Of a DNA stretch of 64,000 nt, positions 49,797 through 59,374 are shown piece by piece. The stretch is from Chloroflexota bacterium (lineage in GTDB: Bacteria > Chloroflexota > Limnocylindria > Limnocylindrales > CSP1-4), in contig VBGT01000051.1 in assembly GCA_005889475.1 (NCBI GenBank), positions 1,859 through 65,858 on the forward strand. The letters are read 5' to 3'. The position numbers and the translations under genes were made by a program. Positions within the stretch are counted from its first letter, which is position 1; each line of letters opens with the position of its first letter. The notes below the pieces were generated by a model, which was not told the origin of the DNA, ran no database searches, and saw only the letters and a program-made list of their open reading frames with translations.

Positions 49797-50853
49797 GCTC
49801 GACTGGGTCGGTGGCCGGCGCGGGCTGGAGGCGCAGCTCGTCCCCCCGGCCGGCTTCCGGCTGCGCCGGCTCGCCCTCCGCTCGCTCCGATCGGTCGAGC
49901 TCGACGCCCACCTCGTCCTGGACCCGATCCGGCTGGCCGCGTCCGTCCCGCAGGCGCTGTGGCTGCTCCTCCGGCGCCGGCCGGCGGCGATCTTCACCAC
50001 CGGCGGCTACGTGGCGATCCCGGTCCTTATCGCGGCACGCATCCTCGGGGTGCCGACGCTCCTGTGGGAGGGCAACGTCGTGCCCGGCCGGAGCGTCCGC
50101 GCCACCGCGCGCCTCGCCTCCGCGCTGGCCGTCTCCTTCGCGGCGACGTGTGCAGCGCTGCCGTCCCGCCGGCCCTGTTTCGTGACCGGGACGCCGATCC
50201 GCGACGTTGCGGCCATCGACCGCGTGGCGGCCCGCGAGCGCCTCGGGATCCCGCCCGACGCCCGCCTCGTGGTCGTGTTCGGCGGCTCGCAGGCGGTGCG
50301 CCGGCTGAACGACGCGGTCCTCGGGGCGCTGCCCCGCCTGGTCGAGATGGTGTACGTGGTCCACCTCGCCGGCGACGACGGCATCCCCGCGGCCGAGGCG
50401 GCGCGGGCCGCGTTGCCCGAGGGCCTCCGCGCTCGGTACCGGCCGGTGGCGTTCCTCGGCGAGGGGCTGCTCGACGCGCTGGCGGCCGCGGATCTCGTCG
50501 TCGGTCGCGCCGGCTCGTCGACGCTCGCCGAGATCGCGGCCTTCGGCCTGCCGATGATCGTCGTGCCGTACCCCTACGCCGGCGCCCACCAGCGCGCGAA
50601 CGCCGCCGAGCTCGTCGACGGGGGCGCGGCGCGCTTCGTCGACGACGACGCGTTCGACAGCGCGGCCCTGCTCGACGCGGCCTCGATCCTCGACGACCCG
50701 ACGATGCACGCCACGATGGCCGCCGCAGCGCGGAGCCTGGCCAAGCCGGCTGCGGCGGACGCGGTCGCCGAGCTGGTGCTCGCGCTCGCCGAGCGGCGAC
50801 CGCTGCCGTCGACCGAGGCCGTGGCACGCATCGCCCTGGGCGGCGCCCGATGA
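49702..50853 (+). CDS. murG: UDP-GlcNAc:undecaprenyl-PP-MurNAc-pentapeptide GlcNAc transferase MurG
   Basis: Internal ATG (MRLLIAAGGTGGHIYPALAV). G-loop and C-terminal glycosyltransferase domain. Confidence 0.9.
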   Translation: MRLLIAAGGTGGHIYPALAVATSIRRRPAAPELDWVGGRRGLEAQLVPPAGFRLRRLALRSLRSVELDAHLVLDPIRLAASVPQALWLLLRRRPAAIFTTGGYVAIPVLIAARILGVPTLLWEGNVVPGRSVRATARLASALAVSFAATCAALPSRRPCFVTGTPIRDVAAIDRVAARERLGIPPDARLVVVFGGSQAVRRLNDAVLGALPRLVEMVYVVHLAGDDGIPAAEAARAALPEGLRARYRPVAFLGEGLLDALAAADLVVGRAGSSTLAEIAAFGLPMIVVPYPYAGAHQRANAAELVDGGAARFVDDDAFDSAALLDAASILDDPTMHATMAAAARSLAKPAAADAVAELVLALAERRPLPSTEAVARIALGGAR

Positions 50854-51830
50854 CCGCGGCCGCAGCGTCGTCGGACCTCGATCTCGTCGCGCTGTCGGGC
50901 GAGATCGCCCGACGGGTGGGCGTCAAGGCCGAGCGCAACGCGCCGCTGGCGAAGCTGACCACGATGCGGGTCGGAGGCCCCGCGGACCTGCTGGCCACAG
51001 CCCACAACGCGTTCGAGCTGCGCGCCCTGATCCGCTTCGCCCGGGCGCGCGGGCTGCCGCTGACGCTGCTCGGCCGGGGGAGCAACGTCGTCATCTCCGA
51101 TCGCGGCGTGCGCGGCCTTGTCGTCCATGTCCGAGCCGAGGGAAGCCGCGTCGATGGGCAGGCCTACGTCGCCGAGGCCGGCGTGCCCATGGCGCGAGCC
51201 GCCACCGAGACCCAGCGCGCCGGCCTGTCCGGGCTGGAGTTCGGGCTCGCGGTCCCGGGCACGGCGGGCGGCGCCGTCTGGGCCAATGCCGGGGCCCACG
51301 GCGCCGACGTGGCGGCCGTGCTCGAGTCGGCCGACGTTCTCGTCGCCGATGGCACGGAGGCCCGCGTGCCGGGCGCCGAGCTGGGGTTCGGGTATCGCGA
51401 CAGCCGCTTCAAGCACCAGCAGCCCGAAGCGCCGGACGAAGTCGTCATCGGTGCCCGGTTCCGCCTCGAGCCGGCGTCGGCCGACGAGATCAAGGCGCGG
51501 CTCGACGACATCCGCCGCTGGCGGCAGGCGCACCAGCCGCTCGGCATCCCGTCCGGCGGGAGCTCGTTCCGGAACCCGGCCGACGGCCCGTCGGCCGGCG
51601 AGCTGATCGAAGCGGCGGGCCTCAAGGGCAGCCAGGAGGGCGGCGCGACGGTCTCGGAGAAGCACGCCAACTTCATCGTCAACGACCGGCGCGGGACAGC
51701 CGCCGACGTCCGGCGGCTGATGGACCGCGTCCGCGCCGCCGTGGTCGAATCGGCGGGCGTGGAGCTGGTGCCCGAGATCGTGTTCCTGGGCGACTGGGGC
51801 GGCTGGCCGTGGCCGGGCGCCGCCGCATGA
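50850..51830 (+). CDS. murB: UDP-N-acetylenolpyruvoylglucosamine reductase MurB
   Basis: ATG overlapping the murG stop. FAD-binding domain (LTTMRVGGPADLL, LLGRGSNVV). Confidence 0.88.
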   Translation: MTAAAASSDLDLVALSGEIARRVGVKAERNAPLAKLTTMRVGGPADLLATAHNAFELRALIRFARARGLPLTLLGRGSNVVISDRGVRGLVVHVRAEGSRVDGQAYVAEAGVPMARAATETQRAGLSGLEFGLAVPGTAGGAVWANAGAHGADVAAVLESADVLVADGTEARVPGAELGFGYRDSRFKHQQPEAPDEVVIGARFRLEPASADEIKARLDDIRRWRQAHQPLGIPSGGSSFRNPADGPSAGELIEAAGLKGSQEGGATVSEKHANFIVNDRRGTAADVRRLMDRVRAAVVESAGVELVPEIVFLGDWGGWPWPGAAA

Positions 51831-52960
51831 CCGAGACGACGCGGATCTGGCCGCCGGTGGTCGTGCTCTTCGGCGGCCCGTCGGCGGAGCACGACGTCTC
51901 GGTCGTCTCGGGGACGGCTATCGCCGAGGCCCTTGCGGCCGCCGGGCTCGACGTGCGCCAGGTGCTCATCGACCTCGATGGGCGGTGGTGGTGGCTGCCG
52001 GTCGAGCATCGACGCGAGGACCGCCCGGCGAGCGCCTACGACGACCCGGTGGCATTTGGCGCGGAGGGCCCGGCGGCGGTGGGCGCGGCAATCGATCGGC
52101 TGGCGAGTGCCAGCCCGGCGCCGGTCGCGTTCGTCGCCCTGCACGGCCCGTTCGGGGAGGATGGCACGCTCCAGGCCCTGCTCGAGGCCGCCGGCGTGGC
52201 CTACACCGGCGCGGGAGTCCTCGCCTCGGCCCTGGGCATGGACAAGGTCGTCCAGAAGCGCATCTGGCGCGGCCTCGGCCTGCCGGTCATCGACTCGCTC
52301 GAGGTCCGCGCAGCCGCCTGGGCGGCGAATCGCGCGGGCGTGCTGGGCCAGCTCGAGGCGTTCACGAGCGCAGCGAGCCCTCCGGAGCCGCGGCTGATGG
52401 TCAAGCCGGCACGGCTCGGCTCGTCGATCGGGATGACCCTGGCCCACACCGCCGAGGAGCGCGCGACCGGCCTCGACCTCGCGTTCCGATACGACGACCT
52501 CGCCATCGTCGAGCGCTACCTCGCCAACGCCCGGGACCTCGAGGTCTCGGTCATCGGCAACGCGCCGCCGCTCGGGGTGTACGGACCGGGCGAGATCGTG
52601 GCCGGCCGCGAGTTCTACGACTATGACGCCAAATACACCCCCGGTCTGTCCGAGACCTCGACCCGGGCCGAGCTGCCCGAGGCCACGCGCGAGCTGATGA
52701 AGAAGCTGGCCCGGGACGCGTACCGTGCGATCGGCGCCGAGGGCTTCGCGCGGGTCGACTTCCTGGTCCGCGACGACGCGATCTACGTGTCCGAGGTGAA
52801 CACGATCCCGGGCTTCACCCCGATCAGCTTGTTCCCGACCATGCCCGCCGAGGCCGGCCTCGACTTCACCACGGTGTGCCTGCGCATCGTGGAGCTGGCG
52901 CTGGAGCGGCATGCCTGGCGCGCACATGGCCCTCTGCGGCCGGCGGACCTGCCGCGGTGA
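51827..52960 (+). CDS. ddl: D-alanine--D-alanine ligase
   Basis: ATG overlapping the murB stop. ATP-grasp fold (VVVLFGGPSAEHDVS...MVKPARLGSSIGMT). Confidence 0.9.
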   Translation: MTETTRIWPPVVVLFGGPSAEHDVSVVSGTAIAEALAAAGLDVRQVLIDLDGRWWWLPVEHRREDRPASAYDDPVAFGAEGPAAVGAAIDRLASASPAPVAFVALHGPFGEDGTLQALLEAAGVAYTGAGVLASALGMDKVVQKRIWRGLGLPVIDSLEVRAAAWAANRAGVLGQLEAFTSAASPPEPRLMVKPARLGSSIGMTLAHTAEERATGLDLAFRYDDLAIVERYLANARDLEVSVIGNAPPLGVYGPGEIVAGREFYDYDAKYTPGLSETSTRAELPEATRELMKKLARDAYRAIGAEGFARVDFLVRDDAIYVSEVNTIPGFTPISLFPTMPAEAGLDFTTVCLRIVELALERHAWRAHGPLRPADLPR

Positions 52961-52967
52961 TCGCGCG

Positions 52968-53960
52968 GTGAGGGGCTTCGGGTCCGGTCGTCGCCGAGCC
53001 GCCGGCGCGCGCCCCATGCGAAACGCCCGGGTGCCCGTGCCGACCCGATCGCCGGACGCCCCCCTGCGCGGGGCGATGCGCGGGCTCGTGGGACCGTCGG
53101 CGGAGGGCCGCCGAGCCGCCGCTGCCATCGGCGAGCGCGTCGTCGCGACGGGGCGGCGGGGCGGCGCACGCGCCCGTGGCCGGGTCCGGATCCTGACCCC
53201 GGCCCGTGCCGCCGGCCTTCTCGGGATGCTCGCGACAGGCTTCCTGTTCACGTTCGCCACCGGGCCGACCGCGTTCGCGGTGAGCCGCATCGACCTGCCG
53301 GCCCTCACCTGGACGGATCCCGCGACGGTCGACGCGACGCTCGCCCTGCCGGCCGGGATCAACGTGTTCCAGCTCGACACGGCGCCACTCGAAGCGGCGC
53401 TGCGCACGCTGCCCGCGGTGGCGGACGCCGACGTGTCGGTCTCGCTGCCGGACACCGCCGTCGTGGTCCGGATCCAGGAACGCCGACCGGTCCTCGCCTG
53501 GCAGGCCGACGATCGCCGGTTCATCGCCGATGGGAGCGGCGTCATCTTCGCCATCGTCGACGTCGACGCGGCGCTGCCCGCCGGCGTGGCCGTCGTCGAC
53601 GACCGCCGGCGGGGCGCCGGGATCGGGCTGCAGATCGGCGGCCACCTCGACGCCGTCGACGTCGACGTCGCGACCCGCCTCGGCAGCATCACGCCCGCGG
53701 ACATCGGCAGCGCCGCCGATCGGCTGCGGGTGACCGTGACCAACGAGGACGGGTTCGTCATCTCCGCGCCGGGCGGCTGGCTGGCCGTGTTCGGCTTCTA
53801 CAGCCCCGCGACCCGCAGCACGGACATGATCCCCGGCCAGGTCCGGCTCCTCCGGAGCCTGCTGGACGGTCGCGAGGCGACGGTCCGCCGGGTCATCCTG
53901 GCCTCGGCGACCGACGGCACCTACGTGCCTCGCAGCACGCCCAAGCCCAGTTCGCGGTGA
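52968..53960 (+). CDS. ftsQ: Cell division protein FtsQ/DivIB
   Basis: GTG start near the ddl stop. Single TM (LLGMLATGFLFTFA) and POTRA domain. Confidence 0.75.
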   Translation: MRGFGSGRRRAAGARPMRNARVPVPTRSPDAPLRGAMRGLVGPSAEGRRAAAAIGERVVATGRRGGARARGRVRILTPARAAGLLGMLATGFLFTFATGPTAFAVSRIDLPALTWTDPATVDATLALPAGINVFQLDTAPLEAALRTLPAVADADVSVSLPDTAVVVRIQERRPVLAWQADDRRFIADGSGVIFAIVDVDAALPAGVAVVDDRRRGAGIGLQIGGHLDAVDVDVATRLGSITPADIGSAADRLRVTVTNEDGFVISAPGGWLAVFGFYSPATRSTDMIPGQVRLLRSLLDGREATVRRVILASATDGTYVPRSTPKPSSR

Positions 53961-53999
53961 TAGCCTTCGCCGGAACGCACCGCAGCGAGGACGGCTCCG

Positions 54000-54323
54000 T
54001 TGCTCCTCCCCCTGGCAGGCCTGCTGGTGGGCGTCCTGCTCGGGCTCGTCCTCAACGTGAACGTCGGCTTCGAGCTCAGCCGGTACTCGGCCGTGGCGAT
54101 CCTCGCCGCGCTCGACTCGGTGCTCGGGGCGGTGCGCGCGGAGCTCGACGGCGTCTACGACAATCGAATCTTCATCTCCGGCTTCGTGACCAACGCGATC
54201 GTGGCGGTCATCCTGACGTTCATCGGCGACCGCCTCGGCCTGGACCTGTACCTGGTGGCGCTGATCACGTTCGGCCTGCGGATCTTCAACAACGTCGCCC
54301 TCATCCGGCGGCATTTCATCTGA
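54000..54323 (+). CDS. DUF1290 / small basic protein Sbp-like membrane protein
   Basis: 107 aa, TTG start, 3 TM. Position between ftsQ and ftsA is as in Bacillus (sbp). Confidence 0.65.
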   Translation: MLLPLAGLLVGVLLGLVLNVNVGFELSRYSAVAILAALDSVLGAVRAELDGVYDNRIFISGFVTNAIVAVILTFIGDRLGLDLYLVALITFGLRIFNNVALIRRHFI

Positions 54324-54331
54324 GGTAGGGA

Positions 54332-55561
54332 GTGGCAGAAGGGGTCCTCGTCGCGCTCGATGTCGGCACCAGCAAGGTGTGCGCGCTCATCGGCGAGATC
54401 GGCCGCGACGGCAAGCTGACGGTCATCGGCCACGGCACGGTCCCTTCGTCGGGCCTGAAGCGCGGCGCGGTCGTCAACATCGAGCAGACCGTCCGCTCCA
54501 TCCGGGACGCGGTCGAGCGAGCCGAACGGCTGTCCGGCTGGAAGATCGACAAGGCGTTCGTCGGCGTCGGCGGCGCGCAGGTCGAGAGCTTCAACTCCAC
54601 CGGCCAGGTGTCCGTGGCGGCGCACACCCGCGAGGTGAGCCGGGACGACATCCGGCGCGCGGTCGAGCAGGCACGGACCATCCCGATCCCGTCGAACCGC
54701 GAGGTGCTCCACGTCGAGCGGCGTGGTTTCACCGTCGACGGCCAGGAGGGCGTCAAGGACCCGCTGGGCATGAGCGCGCTCCGGCTCGAGGTCGAGGCGC
54801 ACATCGTCACCGCGCCCCAGACCGCCGTCCAGAACCTCATGAAGTGCGTCGCCCAGGCCGGCGTCAAGATCGACGAGCTCGTCGTCAACGCGCTCGCCTC
54901 TGCCGAGGCCGTCGCGAACGAGACGGAGCGCGAGCTCGGCGTGGCCGTCGCCGACATTGGGGCGGGCACGATCGACCTGGCCATGTTCAACGAGGGCTCG
55001 CCCTTCCGGACCAGCGTCCTGCCGGTCGGCGGCAACTTCGTGACCAACGACATCGCGATCGGCATCAAGACCTCGCTGCCGACGGCCGAGGAGCTCAAGG
55101 TCCGCCACGGCACGTGCGACCTGCGCGGGATCGACGACGACGAGGAGATCGCGGTCTCGGTCCTGGGCGAGGAGGCGGGCCGCACGATCAGCCGGGCCGA
55201 GCTGTGCCGGATCATCGAATCGCGCATGCGCGAGACGTTCGAGCTCATCGGCGCCGAGATCCACGCCGGCGGGGCCGGGATGCTCCCGGCCGGCCTCATC
55301 CTCACCGGCGGGGGAGCGCAGCTGGCCGGCGTCGCCGAGCTCGGGCGCGATGTGCTGCAGATGCCCGTCCGCGTCGTCGGCCCGTCGGGGGTCGGCGGCC
55401 TGACCGACTCGATCCTGACCCCTGCCTACGCGACCAGCATCGGGCTGCTGCAGTGGGGCGCCTCGCTCCTCGACGAGGGCGAGCCCGCGCGCTACGAGTC
55501 GGCGCCCGCGGCCGGGGTGCTCGGCCGCCTGCGCAGCGCCGTCAAGAGCATGCTGCCCTAG
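54332..55561 (+). CDS. ftsA: Cell division protein FtsA
   Basis: 409 aa. Actin-like ATPase (VALDVGTSKVCALIGEI). SHS2 insert. Confidence 0.92.
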   Translation: MAEGVLVALDVGTSKVCALIGEIGRDGKLTVIGHGTVPSSGLKRGAVVNIEQTVRSIRDAVERAERLSGWKIDKAFVGVGGAQVESFNSTGQVSVAAHTREVSRDDIRRAVEQARTIPIPSNREVLHVERRGFTVDGQEGVKDPLGMSALRLEVEAHIVTAPQTAVQNLMKCVAQAGVKIDELVVNALASAEAVANETERELGVAVADIGAGTIDLAMFNEGSPFRTSVLPVGGNFVTNDIAIGIKTSLPTAEELKVRHGTCDLRGIDDDEEIAVSVLGEEAGRTISRAELCRIIESRMRETFELIGAEIHAGGAGMLPAGLILTGGGAQLAGVAELGRDVLQMPVRVVGPSGVGGLTDSILTPAYATSIGLLQWGASLLDEGEPARYESAPAAGVLGRLRSAVKSMLP

Positions 55562-55612
55562 GGCGATCGCTCGACCCCCGGCCCTCGACCCCCGGCACTC
55601 GGCCGCCGGGGC

Positions 55613-56161
55613 TCAGCCGCCGATGAGCGGCTTGATGAACGTCTCCCGAAGCCACTGCCACGGGTGCAGCTGCGCGTAGTGGAGCACGTACTCCTGGAGC
55701 TCCTTGGGGATGAGCAGGATGAAGCTGGCGAGGACCGACTGCCGGACCGTCCGCGGCACGAACCGCGGGAACCATCGCCGGGCCACGAGGATGTACAGGA
55801 AGTAGTTCTCGAACAGGTTCGGGAACACGACCAGGAGCGGCCGGTACAGCGTGATCTCGAACAGGATCACGCCGATGAGCCGCCACGCGAAGAGCACATA
55901 CGCGGTGCGCCGGGGCACCATCTCGGACCAGCGCCGGGCGACCACAAGCTCGAGCGTCAGGTAGTACAGGTCGAGCCACTTGTCGAGCTGCGCGTAGATC
56001 GGTCCGAACTCGGGCGGCTGGCCGAGCAGCCCGGCGATCGCATCGACCAGGACCACATCGACCGCATCGATGACGAGCGCGAGCAGCCCGCCCGCGAGCG
56101 GCCAGCGCAGGATGGTCAGGGGCAGGACGAGCCGAAGCGCGATGACGATCAGGGCGGGCAT
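55613..56161 (-). CDS. Hypothetical aromatic-rich polytopic membrane protein, encoded antisense between ftsA and ftsZ
   Basis: 182 aa from the internal ATG (MPALIVIALRLVLPL...). 4 or 5 TM. GC lower than the dcw genes. Confidence 0.55.
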   Translation of the reverse strand: MPALIVIALRLVLPLTILRWPLAGGLLALVIDAVDVVLVDAIAGLLGQPPEFGPIYAQLDKWLDLYYLTLELVVARRWSEMVPRRTAYVLFAWRLIGVILFEITLYRPLLVVFPNLFENYFLYILVARRWFPRFVPRTVRQSVLASFILLIPKELQEYVLHYAQLHPWQWLRETFIKPLIGG

Positions 56162-56333
56162 CCGAGCCGACCGATTCCTCTCGCGGTGTTCGAATCCGAT
56201 GCGCGCTGCGCCGGGAGCCGATGGTAGACTCCCCAGCATCCTGCGGGAGAGAGACGCGGCGAGCGAGCGCGCCGGTGCTCCGCCTCATTGAGCCCGATAA
56301 CGCGGCCCCGAGAGGCCGTTCGGAGGAGAAGCG

Positions 56334-57539
56334 ATGGGCCTGCGCTCGGACTCGGAGAACTTTGCCCTGGTCAGGGTCATCGGGGTCGGCGGTGGTGGCA
56401 GCAATGCCGTCAACAGGATGATCAGGGCGGAGATGATGGGCGTCGAGTTCATCGCCCTCAACACCGACGCCCAGGCGCTGCTGCAGTCCGACGCCCCGCA
56501 CAAGCTGCGGATCGGCGACAAGATCACCCGCGGCCTCGGCGCCGGCGGCGACCCCTCGATCGGGGAGCGCGCGGCCGAGGAGGACAGCGAGAAGATCGCC
56601 CAGGCCCTCGAGGGCTCGGACATGGTGTTCATCACCTCCGGCCTCGGCGGCGGCACGGGCTCCGGGGCGGCGCCGATCGTGGCCGAGATCGCCAAGGAGC
56701 AGGGCGCGCTGACCATCGCCGTGGTCACCAAGCCATTCACCTTCGAGGGTGCGAAGCGCAAGCTGACGGCCGAGAAGGCGAGCGAGTCGCTCCGGGCCAA
56801 GGTCGACACGTTGATCACGATCCCGAACGACCGGCTGCGCGACGTCGTCCAGAAGAACACGTCGATCCTCGACGCGTTCCGGGTCGTCGACGACGTCCTG
56901 CGCCAGGGCGTGCAGGGCATCAGCGACATCATCACCGTGCCGGGGCTGATCAACCTAGACTTCGCCGACGTCCGCGCGATCATGAAGGACGCCGGCTCCG
57001 CGCTCATGGGCATCGGCCGGGCGTCGGGTGAGAACCGGGCCATCGAGGCCGCCCGCCAGGCGATCGCGAGCCCGCTGCTCGAGGTCGACATCGCCGGCGC
57101 GCAGGGCATCCTGTTCAACGTCACCGGCGGTTCGAACCTGTCCCTCTTCGAGGTCACCGAGGCGGCCGAGGAGGTCCGCTCCGCGGCCGATCCCGAGGCG
57201 AACATCATCTTCGGGACGAGCTTCAGCGACCGCCTCGGCGAGGAGGTGGCGATCACCGTCATCGCCACGGGCTTCGACGGCAAGCGCCACCACGCCTCGC
57301 GCGTCGCCACGGGAGCGAGCGCCGATGCTGGCAGCCGCGCGCCGCGCGACTTCCTCGAGGAGCTCGAGCGGCAGCGCAGCCAGATGAGCGACACGGGCGT
57401 CCCCGACGCGCCGGCCGCGCGCGCCGACGAGGTCGGCAACGGCAGCGGCCACCGCGCCCCCGAACCGGTGCCGGTCCGCCGCCCCGCCTACGACGCCGAC
57501 GATCTGGAGATCCCGAGCTTCCTCCGCCGCTCGCGCTGA
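56334..57539 (+). CDS. ftsZ: Cell division GTPase FtsZ
   Basis: GGAGGAG RBS. Tubulin signature GGGTGSG. C-terminal conserved peptide [11 protein letters not shown]. Confidence 0.95.
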   Translation: MGLRSDSENFALVRVIGVGGGGSNAVNRMIRAEMMGVEFIALNTDAQALLQSDAPHKLRIGDKITRGLGAGGDPSIGERAAEEDSEKIAQALEGSDMVFITSGLGGGTGSGAAPIVAEIAKEQGALTIAVVTKPFTFEGAKRKLTAEKASESLRAKVDTLITIPNDRLRDVVQKNTSILDAFRVVDDVLRQGVQGISDIITVPGLINLDFADVRAIMKDAGSALMGIGRASGENRAIEAARQAIASPLLEVDIAGAQGILFNVTGGSNLSLFEVTEAAEEVRSAADPEANIIFGTSFSDRLGEEVAITVIATGFDGKRHHASRVATGASADAGSRAPRDFLEELERQRSQMSDTGVPDAPAARADEVGNGSGHRAPEPVPVRRPAYDADDLEIPSFLRRSR

Positions 57540-57618
57540 TCTCGCGCGCTCATCCGGCCGCATAGCGGCATTGGCGCCGCCGCGGCCTCGCTCACGCACA
57601 TTGGATCGCTCGCTTCGG

Positions 57619-57670
57619 CCGCTCGGCGCCGCCTTGCCCTGCGACCGCTCGGCGCCGCCTTGCCCTGCGA
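57619..57670. repeat. 26-bp tandem direct repeat x2 (gaccgctcggcgccgccttgccctgc) in the ftsZ-yggS intergenic region
   Basis: Two adjacent identical 26-mers. Confidence 0.6.
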
Positions 57671-57935
57671 CCGCCTGAGCGCGCGCCCCGCTCGCGCTGC
57701 CCCGCCTCGCCGCGCCTCGGCTTCTCCCGGATGCTCCCCGGGGTAGCGTTCGGCGCGCTCCGGGGCGGTCCTCCCTGCTCCGAGGGTCTGAATTCATGCT
57801 GAGCCACGCTCACGCGGGGATGATTCGGCCGCTCGGTTGGGCGGATCCTCATCCGAGACGCGTCCAATGCTCTCCCGGGTGGAATCCGGCAGGAACATCC
57901 TCCCGGCAAGGCGGCGTCGACATAGGATCCGAGCA

Positions 57936-58667
57936 GTGGAGGCTTCGGAGCGACTGATCGACACAAGGGCGGCGATCCTCGAGCGGATCGCGGAGGCGGC
58001 CGGGCGCGCCGGACGCGACCCGGCACGCGTGGATGTCGTGGCTGTCACCAAGACCGTGCCGCCAGAACGGATCCTGGCGGCGATCGGGGCCGGCTTCCGG
58101 GCGTTCGCCGAGAACCGCGTCCAGGAGCGCCAGGCGAAGGTCGTCGAGCTCGATGCGGTTGCGACGTACCCGGCGGGCGAGCAACCGCGCTGGCACCTCG
58201 TCGGCCCGCTCCAGTCGAACAAGGTACGTCGCGCCGTCGAGCTGTTCGACATGATCGAGACGGTCGACTCGCTCGACCTCGCGCGGCGCATCGATCGCAT
58301 CGCGAGCGAGCTGCGCGCTGGTCGCCCCCTCCCCGTGCTGCTCCAGGTGAACGTCGACGCCGATGCGGCGAAATCGGGCTTCGCGCCGGCCGAGCTCGAG
58401 CGCGACCTCGCCGCGATCGTGGCGTTGCGGGCGCTGTCGGTCGATGGGCTGATGACGGTTGGCCGACTCGTCGACGACCCGGAGCTGGCACGGCCGACGT
58501 TCGTGGCGCTGCGCGCGTTGTCCGAGCGACTGCGCGCACGCCACGCGGGGCTTGGGGTGCACCTGTCGATGGGCATGACCGACGATTTCGAGGTCGCGGT
58601 CGAGGAAGGCGCGACGCTCGTCCGGCTCGGGCGCGCCATCTTCGGAGCCCGCCCGAGCACGGGCTAG
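57936..58667 (+). CDS. yggS: YggS-family pyridoxal-phosphate homeostasis protein
   Basis: GTG start. Alanine-racemase-N-like fold with the PLP-binding Lys region (VDVVAVTKTVP). Canonical post-ftsZ position. Confidence 0.8.
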   Translation: MEASERLIDTRAAILERIAEAAGRAGRDPARVDVVAVTKTVPPERILAAIGAGFRAFAENRVQERQAKVVELDAVATYPAGEQPRWHLVGPLQSNKVRRAVELFDMIETVDSLDLARRIDRIASELRAGRPLPVLLQVNVDADAAKSGFAPAELERDLAAIVALRALSVDGLMTVGRLVDDPELARPTFVALRALSERLRARHAGLGVHLSMGMTDDFEVAVEEGATLVRLGRAIFGARPSTG

Positions 58668-58676
58668 ACTCGGCGG

Positions 58677-58925
58677 ATGGGCGCGACCCTCCTCCCCAAC
58701 GTTGCCCGGTTCGTGCTCATCGGACTCGAGGTGGTCGTGCTCGCCCGCGTCCTGCTGTCATTCGTCGACCCGGGCGGCCGCAGCCGCTTCGCTCCATTCA
58801 TCCTGTCGACGACGGAGCCATTGCTCGCACCGATCCGGAAGGTCCTGCCGCGGACGGGCATGGTCGACTTCTCGCCGTTCATCGCCTGCCTGATCATCGG
58901 CGTGCTGCTGCGAGCTGTCGCCTGA
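58677..58925 (+). CDS. YggT-family membrane protein
   Basis: 82 aa, 2 TM. YggT signature (PIRKVLP). Confidence 0.7.
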   Translation: MGATLLPNVARFVLIGLEVVVLARVLLSFVDPGGRSRFAPFILSTTEPLLAPIRKVLPRTGMVDFSPFIACLIIGVLLRAVA

Positions 58926-58951
58926 CCGGCTCGACCCGGCGGCGGCGGGAC

Positions 58952-59227
58952 GTGTCCGGCGTCCGCCTCAAGGTTCGCCTTACTCCCGGCGCCGGCGCGG
59001 ACCACATCGACGGGGTCGTCGACGGCGTGCTGCGCGTGCGCGTCGCGGCGCTGCCGGTCGACGGCGCCGCGAACGAGGCGCTGGTTCGGCTGCTCGCGGC
59101 CACGCTGAGGGTCGCCGCGCGCCGCGTGGTGATCGTCCGCGGCGCGCTGTCGCGGGCAAAGGTCGTCGAGGTCGAGGGTCTTGCGCGAGAAGCCCTTCGG
59201 TCGCGCTGGCCGGGGGCCGATGTATGA
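58952..59227 (+). CDS. DUF167 (YggU) family protein
   Basis: 91 aa. VRLTPGAGADHIDG...LRVRVAALPVDGAANEALVRLLA matches DUF167. Confidence 0.7.
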   Translation: MSGVRLKVRLTPGAGADHIDGVVDGVLRVRVAALPVDGAANEALVRLLAATLRVAARRVVIVRGALSRAKVVEVEGLAREALRSRWPGADV

Positions 59228-59265
59228 TCCGCGCCTGCCGCCGGCGGAGCGCCGGCCCGGCCCGT

Positions 59266-59341
59266 GGGCGATTGGCTCAGCGGTTAGAGCACGCGGTTCA
59301 CATCCGCGGGGTCACTGGTTCGAATCCAGTATCGCCCACCA
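59266..59341 (+). tRNA. tRNA-Val (anticodon CAC), CCA encoded
   Basis: Cloverleaf: acceptor gggcgat/atcgccc, D-arm gctcagcggttagagc, anticodon stem cgcgg/ccgcg with loop ttCACat, T-arm ggttcgaatcc. Confidence 0.9.
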
Positions 59342-59374
59342 CTTCTCGCCCGGTGATCCGCGTCGATCGCTGCG

